Of a DNA stretch of 64,000 bases, positions 49,648 to 59,656 are shown piece after piece (within the stretch, counting starts at the first letter, position 1; every line of letters starts with the position of its first letter). The DNA lies in NCBI GenBank assembly GCA_047601445.1, contig JASGJH010000001.1, positions 9,088,001-9,152,000 of the forward strand, written 5' to 3'. The DNA is from Myxococcales bacterium (GTDB taxonomy: Bacteria; Myxococcota_A; Polyangia; Polyangiales; DASUME01). The notes beneath the pieces are model-generated. The model was not told the DNA's origin. It searched no databases and saw only the letters and a program-made list of their open reading frames with translations. A program made the position numbers and the translations under genes.

Positions 49648-52600
49648 ATGTGGCGCAGCGCACCGAGGAAGGGTGCCCGTCTGGGGTCTGCTCGCGATGG
49701 CTTCACTGTCTTGGCTTGCGTGGTGTCCCTGGTGGGGCTCTCGGCATGTAAGCCGGAGTTCGAACCGCTGAGCGATGAACGATCGGCCCGCGGTAGCCTC
49801 GGCGAAGAGGTCTACAAGGCCTTGTGCCGCCGCGTTGCTGGCACCGAGATGCCCGACGATCTCGACGGACGCGAGACCGAGGTGCTGTGCTTGCACTCCG
49901 CGAGCGAGGCCGAGCAAGAGCTCGCCAATCGCCCCGGGGCGTTTCCTCCGCGCCTGGTGGCGCTGGCGCAGCGCCGTGCGCGCATCGTGCGGGCTGTCGA
50001 CGACACGTTGCCGGTGGGAGTAGGGGACGAGCTCGAGCTCTTGATGCGCCAGCTCTTGCCCTTCTACGACCCGCCTGAGGAGCGCATCCAAAACAACACG
50101 CGCGCTTTCGCCGCGTTGCTGCGCAAGATCGCGGCTGACTCGAACGCGCTCGAAGCGCTGCAGCGCGTGGCGCGCGACGGCATGCTGTCTCGCGAGGGCT
50201 CCTTCGGCCTTTACCGGGGGCTCCTCTCGTACGACGAGTTGAATGGACTGTTTTCGGCGCTCTTGCCGGTGCTCACCCAGGACGCCTCGGTGCGGCCCTA
50301 CTTCGAAACCACGCTGGTGGGCATGGCGCTCGAGCTCGCGACGAGTGAGCTCGACGATGCACCCGACTCCGACACGCGTCTGATGAAGGACCTGTTGTCG
50401 CGCACGCATCCCGAGTTCGGCTCGGGACGCGCGCTGTTCGTGACCAAGCGCGACGTGCGGGGCATGCCGCTGCCGACGGCCGTGGACGGTCAGGCGGTGC
50501 CGTTTCCGTTCGTGGACGAGGATCGCGATGGCCTGGCCGACGTGGCAGGCGCGGAATTCGTGGTGGACGGACGCTTTGGGCGCGACTTGCCCGAGCCTTT
50601 TGCGGAGATTTCGGAGCAAGGCGTCGCGCGCGACGAGGCCGGACGCGCCTGCGCGCTGCAAGCGGATGGCACGCCGGAATGCGCGCGTACGCTCTATCAG
50701 ACCCAGGACGCCGACCTGACCATGCTGTCGGGCGCGCTGCGGGAAGCGGCCAAGCTATTCGATGGACAGTCGCAGACTGCTGTCCACGTTGCGCGATTGG
50801 TGCCGGCGATCTTCGGCGATCGCGTCGAGCATCCCGAGGTCTATGGCAAGGCCACCCTCAAGTATTCGGCGCCCGACACGTCCAAGAGTCCCATCGTGGA
50901 CCTGGTCCATGCTTCCACCGCCGTGCTCGATCGGCCGCTTTACGAGCAGTCTCTGGAGCTGACCCAGACCCTGGTCGACGAGCACGAAGCGGTCTTGGTG
51001 GAGGCGCTGAATCCGCTGCTCGCCCTGGAGCGTCGCACGCGCACGCAGGGCGACGCCTACCCAGGGGCCAAGCTCGCGAAGGACAGCACCTTCTGGGACC
51101 AGCTCTTGTTCGAGGCCGAGCGCATCAGCAGGCGCCGCAAGACGGCCGACGGTCCGACGCTGCTGGAGCTCTTGCTGCGCGGGGCTCTGGGCTACGCGCG
51201 CAATCCCTCCAACGGTGGGGTAGTGGAGCGTGTGATCGACCCCAACGTGCTCAAGCACCAGGGCGCGTTGATCGCCACGCTGATGCGCTACAAGGACGAA
51301 TGGCGCAACAACCCGCTCGGCGAGTCCAAGCGTGCGCCGAGCGACCCGCGTACCATTGGTAGCTTCCGGATCCCGGTGGATCGCAGTCCCGGCGCCAAGG
51401 ATTCGCCCGCGACCTGTGGCAAAGACGGCTGCGGTGGCGTAATCGACGGCTCGCCCTTCGAGCGCTGGAAGACCTCGCCTACCCAGAACTGCATGGTCCA
51501 GCGCGAGGGCCGTCCGGTGACGGGCAAGGACTGCGGTGCTCCTTCGAACCAGAGCATCCTGCAGCGCTCCATGGGATTGATTTGGGAGATGGCCGGGCGC
51601 TCCCAGTGCAACAAGGCCATCAGCCTCGGCGACTTGCTCGACTTCGCGGTGCTCAAGGACCCCTGTCAGAACCTTGAGTCCAGCCTCTGCACGCCGGGGA
51701 ACAACGATTGCGCATGTGCCGTGGATGCCGATTGCAAGGCCATTTTCGGGGGCAATGACTTCGCCTGCGACACGAGCGCCAACCGGTGCATCGCCAAAGC
51801 CGAGTCTGACAGCTGCAAGGCGCTCAAGCAGCAGCAGCGGGCAGACCGGCAGAAGCAGATCGACAACGCCGAGAACAAGGTCTTCAAGGACTACGCCTGC
51901 CCCAAGGACCAGCCGGCCGCCTTCTGCAACGGCATGGCCGACGCAGACAAGTACCCGGCCGCCTTCTACGACCCCGACGGCCCCGTCAACGGCGTGCCCT
52001 CGACGCTGTTGGAATGCCACCTGATCAACCTGCCCGACGTCGGGCGCTCGTTCGGTCGCGCACTGAGCCACGAGTTCACCATCGACATCCCGAACCCGTG
52101 GATGAAGCGCTACCTCACCGACGTCGCCCTGGCCAAGAACCCGGGGCGGCCCGATTGCGCGAATGACTTCCGCATCACGAACCCGTACGAGGACCCGGGC
52201 TGTGTGACGAGCTCGGCCAAGCTCTCGCGCGAGGTCTACACGGAGATGACCTACGAGCGCGTGCACGAGCTCGGGCAGCTGATCGCGTGGCTCATGGACG
52301 ACTCCTCGCTGTTCACCAACAGCAAGGACAGTCAGGAGCTGCGACCGGAGGTGGCGGCGCTCACGCGCGTGTTGTTCGCGCCGCCCGGCAGCAGCAGCTT
52401 CCTGATGTTCGATCCGCTGTTGATCCGCGGTGCACCGGCGGCCTGCCAGCCCGGTGGCAACATCCCCGAGTGCACGCTCGACGACAGCATGGGCAAGCTC
52501 GGTGAGACCTGCTGCATCGCCGACCTCAAGGCGCCCCCGTTCCGCTACCGACTGGACACCTACTATGGGGCCACGTCGTTCGCCTGGGAGCACCCCGTGA

Positions 52601-54198
52601 CCTTCACGGACGGCACCCAGCTCTCCTTGCTCGACGCCATGAAGACGCTGGCCGACGGTGTGAACCGCACGGACTTCGAGCTCGGGGTGGACGACCCCAA
52701 GAACTTCGAGGGCACCGACTTCCTCTTCTCCACGCTCGGCCAGGTGGTGGGACAGCACTACGACTCACCGGGGAATCCACTCGCGCAGAACACGGCTCCC
52801 AACGGGCCCTTCTACCGCAGTCTCACCAACATCGTGAGCTACGAGGACCTGATGGCGGACGCGCTGGACGACGGTTCCCTCGACGTCAATCAGCCAGCTC
52901 CCCACGAAGGCACCCTGTTCGACGGCGCGAACTTGCCGAGCGGGCCCAACCGGCAGCTGGGACTGATCTACCACTCCTATCCGCTGCTCGAGCTGTTCGA
53001 GACCTTGCAGGTAGGTGGCACCGACGCGCTGAGCTTCAGCGCCAAACTCGGCGAGCTGCTCTTGAACCCGCACGCGTCGTGCGCGCCAGACGGCGGCGAC
53101 CTGCGCGTGATCGACGGCAAGGGCGCCTGCGACGCGCTGGCTTCCGGGGTCACGCCGAGCCCGGATCGCTGCGACGGGGCCGCCGCCCGCCCCGAGGGCT
53201 ATCGCAAGCCGCTCACCTATCGTGATGGGCGCGCCACCATCTGCTGGAACGACGGCACCTGCTTCGACAAGCCGGGCGACTGCCGCTGGGCCAGCCCGCT
53301 CTATCTGGCGCTCGATGCGCTCGGGGGCATCGACGACCGTATCGGCGATAGCACCACGCTCAACGACGCTTTCGACGGCGCGCGCGCGGGCCTCTTCGAT
53401 ACGTACTTCTCGACGGACGACGCACAGCTCAAAGATCGGCGCCTGCGGGCCTTGCTCCTGGTGGGACTCGGCTACGTGCGCGAGCGCTGGGCCAAGGAAG
53501 CCGCCGCAGGGACCCTCGCGACGCTCGGGCCGGAGACGGTGCAGGACACCGTGGACCTCATCGAAGGGCCGGTGTTCGCGGGCGGCCTCGGGGTCGTGGA
53601 GCAGCTGAGTGCCAACGAACAGGCCACCGCCGCGCTGAACCGCTACGTGAACGCCGTGTTGGGCGGCGGGCAGAGCGACGCCCAGGTGCGCGCGCTGGTC
53701 GCTACCTTCGCCGACGTGCTCGAGCTGTTGCCGGGCGATCAAAACGTGCTCGCCCTGATGCACGTGATGGCCTCGAGCGTCCTCGCGAACCCGGACGCCA
53801 TCGTGGCCAGCGGCTGGCCCCAGAAGGCCGACGGCAGCGTGAGCTCGCCGACCGAGGTGCTGCAGAGCGGCATGATCTGGCGCAGCCTGGACCTCATGCG
53901 AGAGGTCTCGAACAAGGACTCGCGTCGCGTGCTCGATCGCGTGTTGAACAACGTGGTGGCGCTGCCGGGTTATGGGACGAGCGAAGAACGCGCGGCTCCC
54001 ATGGTGGAGCTCTACGACGTGCTGCTGGCGATCAACCGACCCGTCCCTGGCGCGCACGGTAGTCTGAGCAGCCAAGATTGGGCTCAGGTGTTCAACAGCA
54101 TCGCGGACGTGATGCTCGACGAGCGCCGTGGGTTCGAGCGTCTCTACGAGATCGTGCAGTGCCGCAACGGCTCCACCGACAAGGTGAAGTGCGAGTGA
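49648..54198 (+). CDS. Very large Cys-rich putative lipoprotein of unknown function
   Basis: About 1,516-aa uninterrupted ORF; lipobox LSAC; DEDRDGLAD Ca-binding-like motif; central Cys clusters. Confidence 0.8.
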   Translation: MWRSAPRKGARLGSARDGFTVLACVVSLVGLSACKPEFEPLSDERSARGSLGEEVYKALCRRVAGTEMPDDLDGRETEVLCLHSASEAEQELANRPGAFPPRLVALAQRRARIVRAVDDTLPVGVGDELELLMRQLLPFYDPPEERIQNNTRAFAALLRKIAADSNALEALQRVARDGMLSREGSFGLYRGLLSYDELNGLFSALLPVLTQDASVRPYFETTLVGMALELATSELDDAPDSDTRLMKDLLSRTHPEFGSGRALFVTKRDVRGMPLPTAVDGQAVPFPFVDEDRDGLADVAGAEFVVDGRFGRDLPEPFAEISEQGVARDEAGRACALQADGTPECARTLYQTQDADLTMLSGALREAAKLFDGQSQTAVHVARLVPAIFGDRVEHPEVYGKATLKYSAPDTSKSPIVDLVHASTAVLDRPLYEQSLELTQTLVDEHEAVLVEALNPLLALERRTRTQGDAYPGAKLAKDSTFWDQLLFEAERISRRRKTADGPTLLELLLRGALGYARNPSNGGVVERVIDPNVLKHQGALIATLMRYKDEWRNNPLGESKRAPSDPRTIGSFRIPVDRSPGAKDSPATCGKDGCGGVIDGSPFERWKTSPTQNCMVQREGRPVTGKDCGAPSNQSILQRSMGLIWEMAGRSQCNKAISLGDLLDFAVLKDPCQNLESSLCTPGNNDCACAVDADCKAIFGGNDFACDTSANRCIAKAESDSCKALKQQQRADRQKQIDNAENKVFKDYACPKDQPAAFCNGMADADKYPAAFYDPDGPVNGVPSTLLECHLINLPDVGRSFGRALSHEFTIDIPNPWMKRYLTDVALAKNPGRPDCANDFRITNPYEDPGCVTSSAKLSREVYTEMTYERVHELGQLIAWLMDDSSLFTNSKDSQELRPEVAALTRVLFAPPGSSSFLMFDPLLIRGAPAACQPGGNIPECTLDDSMGKLGETCCIADLKAPPFRYRLDTYYGATSFAWEHPVTFTDGTQLSLLDAMKTLADGVNRTDFELGVDDPKNFEGTDFLFSTLGQVVGQHYDSPGNPLAQNTAPNGPFYRSLTNIVSYEDLMADALDDGSLDVNQPAPHEGTLFDGANLPSGPNRQLGLIYHSYPLLELFETLQVGGTDALSFSAKLGELLLNPHASCAPDGGDLRVIDGKGACDALASGVTPSPDRCDGAAARPEGYRKPLTYRDGRATICWNDGTCFDKPGDCRWASPLYLALDALGGIDDRIGDSTTLNDAFDGARAGLFDTYFSTDDAQLKDRRLRALLLVGLGYVRERWAKEAAAGTLATLGPETVQDTVDLIEGPVFAGGLGVVEQLSANEQATAALNRYVNAVLGGGQSDAQVRALVATFADVLELLPGDQNVLALMHVMASSVLANPDAIVASGWPQKADGSVSSPTEVLQSGMIWRSLDLMREVSNKDSRRVLDRVLNNVVALPGYGTSEERAAPMVELYDVLLAINRPVPGAHGSLSSQDWAQVFNSIADVMLDERRGFERLYEIVQCRNGSTDKVKCE

Positions 54199-54211
54199 TG
54201 GCGATCTAGCA

Positions 54212-55387
54212 TCAGCCCTTGAGCGCGTTCAGCACGGCCGCCACCAGGCCCAATACGATGGCCACCAGCGTCGCGCGCACGAGCATGCTCTTACGCTTGC
54301 GGCTGGCCTCGAGGCTCGCGGCCTCGGCGTCGAGGTCGTGGGTGAGCGCGTCGCGCATGGCGGCTCGCTCGATGCGGCCGGTCTCGTTCTCGCGGGTCCA
54401 CAGTTCCGGGCGCTGGTCGATGCGCGGCGATAGTTTGGCGTCGGCGCACAGGTCGCTCACGTAGCCGCCGACCTCGCGGGCCTTCACTGCGGTGCCCTCC
54501 GAGATGAGGAAGCGCTCCAGGGCGGACTGCAGCTCGAGTGCCGTGCCGTAGCGCTGGTCGCGGTTCTTCTCGAGGGCCTTGGCGATCACGTCGTCGAGAC
54601 CGCGCGGCACGCCCCGGCGGTACACGCTGGCGCGGGGGGCCGGATCGTCGGAGACGATGGCGCCCATGGTCTCGTACTCACTCGAGCGATGAAAGAGCGC
54701 CAGCCCGGTGACGGCCTCGTACATGCAGGCACCGAGCGAGAACACATCGGCACGGCCGTCGAGTTCGAGTCCCTGGTACTGTTCGGGTGACATATAGGCG
54801 AACTTGCCCTTGAGCATGCCGGCCTCCGTGCGCACCCGCTGGGAGGCGGCCTTGGCGACTCCGAAGTCCAGCAGCTTCACCTTGCCGTCGAAGCTCACCA
54901 TGATGTTGTCGGGCGTGACGTCGCGGTGCACCAGGCGCAGGGGCTCGCCCTCGCCGCCTACGGCGTTGTGGGCATAGTGCAGGGCGTCGGCGATCTCCGC
55001 CGCGACGCGGGCCACCACGTTCGGCGGCAGTCCCGACTCGTTGCGCTCGAACAGGCGCTTGTGCATCTGGGTGATGGAGACCCCCTGCACCCACTCCATG
55101 GCGATGAAGTACTCCCCGTCTTGCTCGCCGAACTCGTAGATGGTGCACAGATTCGGATGGTTCAGGCCCATCGCGAGCTCGGCCTCGTGCAGGAACATCT
55201 CCACGAAGCGGGGATCGTCAGCCACGTGCGGCAGGATGCGCTTGACCACCACGGCGCGCGTTCCGCGTCCCGGGCCGCGTTCACGCGCGAGGAAAATTTC
55301 CGCCATACCACCGAGGGCCAGACGACCGAGGATCTCGAAGCGACCGAAGTTCGCGATGGCTGGGAGTGACAGGGGCGAGATGGACAC
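54212..55387 (-). CDS. Hanks-type Ser/Thr protein kinase with C-terminal TM
   Basis: LALGGMAEIF, VVKRI, VHRDVTPDN, LDFGVAK, YMSPEQ, ADVFSLG. Confidence 0.93.
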   Translation of the reverse strand: MSISPLSLPAIANFGRFEILGRLALGGMAEIFLARERGPGRGTRAVVVKRILPHVADDPRFVEMFLHEAELAMGLNHPNLCTIYEFGEQDGEYFIAMEWVQGVSITQMHKRLFERNESGLPPNVVARVAAEIADALHYAHNAVGGEGEPLRLVHRDVTPDNIMVSFDGKVKLLDFGVAKAASQRVRTEAGMLKGKFAYMSPEQYQGLELDGRADVFSLGACMYEAVTGLALFHRSSEYETMGAIVSDDPAPRASVYRRGVPRGLDDVIAKALEKNRDQRYGTALELQSALERFLISEGTAVKAREVGGYVSDLCADAKLSPRIDQRPELWTRENETGRIERAAMRDALTHDLDAEAASLEASRKRKSMLVRATLVAIVLGLVAAVLNALKG

Positions 55388-55540
55388 GAGGCGAGGCTCG
55401 ATTGTACGCCGGTCAGCGGACCGTGTGGGGAGCGAGGAGGACTATGTGCCGAAATTTGGCGACGCCGATCCAGGTGTGCGTAGGGTCCGGGTACGACGCT
55501 GAACAGGATTGTAGGCGCGAGTGACGACGAGGAGGCCGAG

Positions 55541-56401
55541 ATGGTGGCGCGGGCAGAGGCAGAGCTGGGTCTAGAGGACGAGACCGTGAAGACGGAGGCA
55601 GAGCTGCTCGACGTGCTCTACGAAGTGCTGGCTCAGGGTGTTCCGGCCGGTAGCAAGCTTACGAGCGCGGACGTGGAGCGCTTCCTCCACGAGCACGCGC
55701 GCAGCCGCAAGAGCTCGGCCGAGATGCTGGCTTTCTTCGAGCAGCACGGCCTGCCGACCAGCGCCGGGGACTACGGCGCGGACCCCGAGCTCAGCCAGCT
55801 AGCCAGCGGCCTGCACCGCGAGCGCATGGTGTCGCCGGTGTCTCCTCTGGACGCCGACTTCGGTGCCCTCTCGGATGCGCGGGCTTCCGCCGGGCCGATG
55901 GACCTCAACCCGCCCCACGAGAGCGGACCCGTACGCAAGGCCCTGCCCGCGACCGACCGGGTCGGTGACCAGGCCGGCGCCATCGAAGACGGCTCGACGG
56001 TGCGTGCCCGCGTGGGCGCGCCCGCCAAGGCTCAGCGCGGGCTCCTGATCGCCATGGCCGTGGTGGCCCTCGGGTCCCTGGTGGGCTTCGCCCTCAGCTT
56101 CAAACACGAGACCGACCTGGAGGATGAGCTCAAGCGCGCCCATCTCCAACTGCGTGCCACCGACTATGCTTTGTCAGCTCTCGAACAACGCGCCGAGGGG
56201 CTGCGCGGTGCACTGACCCAGAGCGAAGCCGAGCGGGCAGCCCTGGCCGGTCGCTTCGACAGCTTCGCCGCCGAGACGCGGCGTGAGCACGAGGCCGAGG
56301 AGGAAGTCCTCAAGCGCATGCTGGGCAAGCGTTACGAAGCGCTGCGCACGCAGGCGCTGGCCGCCCCCTCGACGTCGGCCGGCACGCCCAGCACACCCTG
56401 A
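55541..56401 (+). CDS. Hypothetical membrane protein (single TM plus coiled coil)
   Basis: GAGGAGG Shine-Dalgarno; TM LLIAMAVVALGSLVGFALSF; heptad-rich C-terminus. Confidence 0.65.
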   Translation: MVARAEAELGLEDETVKTEAELLDVLYEVLAQGVPAGSKLTSADVERFLHEHARSRKSSAEMLAFFEQHGLPTSAGDYGADPELSQLASGLHRERMVSPVSPLDADFGALSDARASAGPMDLNPPHESGPVRKALPATDRVGDQAGAIEDGSTVRARVGAPAKAQRGLLIAMAVVALGSLVGFALSFKHETDLEDELKRAHLQLRATDYALSALEQRAEGLRGALTQSEAERAALAGRFDSFAAETRREHEAEEEVLKRMLGKRYEALRTQALAAPSTSAGTPSTP

Positions 56402-56454
56402 ACATCCGGGCGAACCGCTTTGGCTGAAGTTCACCGTCGCGCTAGTCTCAGCGG

Positions 56455-58605
56455 GTGACGGTTCCTTTTCCTGAGACCTATCAAACCGACGCTGGTGTCC
56501 GCGTTCGTCGGGTGATCGAAGATATCGACGGGACACGCAGCATCGAACAGCTCGCGACGGACCTCGACGTTCGCCGCGGGGCGCTGCTTACTTCGAGCTA
56601 CGAGTACCCCGGCCGTTACACCCGTTGGGATCTCGGGTTCGTGGACCCACCGCTGATGTTGTGGGCCAAGGAGCGCGAGGTCTGGATCGAGGCGCTCAAC
56701 GCACGCGGCGAGGTGCTGCTGCCCGCCTGCGAGCGCGCCTTGCGCGACCTCCCGGCCATCGCCGCCATCGAGCGGCAGAGCAGCGCCAAGCTGCGCGTGC
56801 AGGTGGTGGAGCCCAGCGGCACGTTCACGGAGGAGCAGCGCACGCGTTTGCCCAGCGTGTTCAGCGTCCTGCGTGCCCTCTTGGCAGCCTTCCACAGCAC
56901 CCGCGATAGCCACCTGGGTCTCTACGGGGCCTTCGGCTACGACCTCACGTTCCAGTTCGACCCCGTCCGACGCAAGCTGCAGCGTCCGGCCGACCACCGC
57001 GATCTCGTGCTCTTCGTGCCCGACGAGCTCTACGTGGTCGACCACATGCGCGAGACCGCCCAGCTCATCCGCTACGACTTCGAGGTGGATGGGCGCTCGA
57101 CCGTGGGCTTGCCGCGCACCGGTCCGCGTGAGGCCTATCAGGCCGCGGGCTCCGTGGAGCGCGAGTGCGACCACGAGCTCGGCCAGTACGAACAGGTGGT
57201 CGGCAAGGCCAAGGAGGCCTTCGCGCGCGGCGACTTGTTCGAGGTGGTCCCGGGACAGACCTTCTTCCGCGCCTGCAAGAAGCGCCCGAGCCAGGTCTTT
57301 CGCAGGCTGCGCAAGACCAACCCGGCGCCCTACGGCTTCTTCGTCAACCTGGGCAACGCAGAGTATCTGGTGGGCGCCTCGCCCGAGATGTTCGTGCGGG
57401 TCAACGGGGAGCGCGTGGAGACGTGCCCCATCTCGGGCACCATCGCTCGTGGTGGCGATGCCATCGCCGACGCGCGCCAGATCCTGGCCCTGTTGAACTC
57501 CCCCAAGGAGGCGTCCGAGCTCACCATGTGCACGGACGTGGACCGCAACGATAAGTCGCGCGTCTGCCGCCCCGAGAGCGTGCGCGTGATCGGGCGCCGG
57601 CAAATCGAGATGTACTCCAAGCTGATTCACACGGTGGATCACGTGGAGGGCATGTTGCGACCCGGCTACGACGCGCTCGACGCCTTCGTCACGCACACCT
57701 GGGCGGTCACCGTCACGGGGGCGCCGAAGCTGTGGGCCATGCAGTTCATCGAGGACCACGAGCAGAGCGTGCGCGCCTGGTATGGCGGCGCCGTGGGCAA
57801 GCTCGGGTTCGACGGGGCACTCAACACCGGCCTCACCCTGCGCACCATTCGCCTCAAGGGGGGCGTGGCCCAGGTGCGCGCCGGCGCGACTCTGCTGTAC
57901 GACTCCGATCCTGCCTCCGAGGAGCGCGAGACACGCCTCAAGGCTTCCGCACAGCTCGAAGCCATCGAGCTCGACGACGTGGCGCCCTCACGGGTGGACC
58001 TGGTGAGCGGCTATCCGGGCGCTCGGAAGCGGGTGTTGCTCGTCGACCATCAGGACTCCTTCGTGCACACACTGGCGGGCTATTTCCGTCGCACGGGTGC
58101 CGAAGTCATCACCTTGCGCAACGGCTTCGATCCGTCCGAATTCGATCGCATCGCGCCGAACCTGGTGGTGATGTCTCCCGGTCCCGGCTCGCCGCGCGAT
58201 TTCGACACCGCAGGCACCATCGGTCAGGCGCTCCAGCGCAAGCTGCCCATCTTCGGGGTATGTCTCGGGCTCCAGGCCTTGATCGAGTATTTCGGCGGGG
58301 AGCTCGGCGTGCTCAGCTACCCCATGCACGGTAAGCCGTCCGAGGTCACCGTGCTCGGGGGAAGCCTGTTCAAGGGCATTCCTCCCACCTTCATCGCGGG
58401 GCGCTACCACTCGCTCCATGCCCTGCGCGTGCCGGACGAGCTGGTCGTCACGGCCCGCGCGGACGAACCCAACGTCGTGATGGCCATCGAGCATCGCGAG
58501 TTGCCCATCGCCGCCGTGCAGTTCCATCCCGAGTCCATCCTCACGGCCGATGGCGACCGTGGACTCGGCATCATTCACAACTGCGTGCGCAGTCTCGCGA
58601 CCTGA
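56455..58605 (+). CDS. trpE: Anthranilate synthase, fused components I and II (TrpE-TrpG)
   Basis: SSYEYPGRY, GDLFEVVP, ASPEMFV, ELTMCTDVDRND; GATase DHQDSF, SPGPG, GVCLG, VQFHPES. Confidence 0.92.
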   Translation: MTVPFPETYQTDAGVRVRRVIEDIDGTRSIEQLATDLDVRRGALLTSSYEYPGRYTRWDLGFVDPPLMLWAKEREVWIEALNARGEVLLPACERALRDLPAIAAIERQSSAKLRVQVVEPSGTFTEEQRTRLPSVFSVLRALLAAFHSTRDSHLGLYGAFGYDLTFQFDPVRRKLQRPADHRDLVLFVPDELYVVDHMRETAQLIRYDFEVDGRSTVGLPRTGPREAYQAAGSVERECDHELGQYEQVVGKAKEAFARGDLFEVVPGQTFFRACKKRPSQVFRRLRKTNPAPYGFFVNLGNAEYLVGASPEMFVRVNGERVETCPISGTIARGGDAIADARQILALLNSPKEASELTMCTDVDRNDKSRVCRPESVRVIGRRQIEMYSKLIHTVDHVEGMLRPGYDALDAFVTHTWAVTVTGAPKLWAMQFIEDHEQSVRAWYGGAVGKLGFDGALNTGLTLRTIRLKGGVAQVRAGATLLYDSDPASEERETRLKASAQLEAIELDDVAPSRVDLVSGYPGARKRVLLVDHQDSFVHTLAGYFRRTGAEVITLRNGFDPSEFDRIAPNLVVMSPGPGSPRDFDTAGTIGQALQRKLPIFGVCLGLQALIEYFGGELGVLSYPMHGKPSEVTVLGGSLFKGIPPTFIAGRYHSLHALRVPDELVVTARADEPNVVMAIEHRELPIAAVQFHPESILTADGDRGLGIIHNCVRSLAT

Positions 58606-58619
58606 GTGAGGGAAGGGAG

Positions 58620-59642
58620 CTAGGCGTTCGAGCGCTGGATCCAGCGCTCAAGCACGTCTTGGGCGCGCTTCTCGTCGATGGTGCGAGCCGCCAGGGCCAC
58701 GCCTTCCTTGAGGTTCTGCACCTTGTCGGCCACGAGCAGGGCAGCGGCCGCGCTCATCAGGGTCATGTCGCGTGGAGCGCCGCGTTCGGTGCCGGAGATG
58801 ACCGCACGCACCAGCTCGGCGGCATGGTCGAGATCGCGTGCCACCACGGCGTCGCGTGGAGCACGCGAGAGTCCGAGCTCCTCCGGCGTCACGCGCTCGG
58901 CGCGCAGGCCTTCCGGCGTGACGTGCACTAGGTCCGTGGGAGCCGAGATGGAGAGCTCATCGAGGCCGTCTTCGGAGTGCATGACGATGGCGCGGCTCGC
59001 TCCCAGCGCGCGCAGTGCGCCTGCGATGGGCTTCAAGAAGCGAGCATCGTAGACACCCATGACCTGACGCTTCGCTCCAACCGGATTGGTGAGCGGCCCG
59101 AGCAGGTTGAACAGGGTCGGGATGCCGAGCGCCAGCCGCACGGGCATCACGTTCTTGATCGCCGGGTGGTGGTGAACGGCGTAGCAGAAACAGATCCCGA
59201 GCTCGTCGAGGCAGGCCGCCTGGGTCGCACGGTCAGCGTCCACTTGAATGCCGACCACGCGCAGGGCCTCCGCCGACCCGCGGCCCGTCCGTGACCGGTT
59301 GCCGTGCTTGGCCACCTTGGCGCCCGCCGCTGCCGCCACGATGGCAGCCGTGGTGGAGACGTTGAAGGTCTTGGGAGCGCCTCCCGTGCCGCAGGTGTCC
59401 ACCAGCTGCTCCGGGTCCGTCCGGGCAGGCACACGCTCCACGTGCTCTCGCATCACCAGCGCCGCACCGAGGATCTCCTCGGAGGTCGGGATACGCGTGG
59501 CGAGCACCCCCAAGAAGGCCCCCACCTCGGCTGGCCCGGCATTGCCCGCCATGATGCACTCGAAGGCTTCGCGGCTCTCGTCGGCGGTCAGGGTACGGTG
59601 GCCGATCAGGATCTTGAGCGCCTGGGTAACACTGTTGGACAT
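58620..59642 (-). CDS. trpD: Anthranilate phosphoribosyltransferase
   Basis: DTCGTGG..TFNVST, KHGNRS, TLFNLLGPLTNP, DGLDELS. Confidence 0.93.
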   Translation of the reverse strand: MSNSVTQALKILIGHRTLTADESREAFECIMAGNAGPAEVGAFLGVLATRIPTSEEILGAALVMREHVERVPARTDPEQLVDTCGTGGAPKTFNVSTTAAIVAAAAGAKVAKHGNRSRTGRGSAEALRVVGIQVDADRATQAACLDELGICFCYAVHHHPAIKNVMPVRLALGIPTLFNLLGPLTNPVGAKRQVMGVYDARFLKPIAGALRALGASRAIVMHSEDGLDELSISAPTDLVHVTPEGLRAERVTPEELGLSRAPRDAVVARDLDHAAELVRAVISGTERGAPRDMTLMSAAAALLVADKVQNLKEGVALAARTIDEKRAQDVLERWIQRSNA

Positions 59643-59656
59643 GGACGTCAGGTCTA

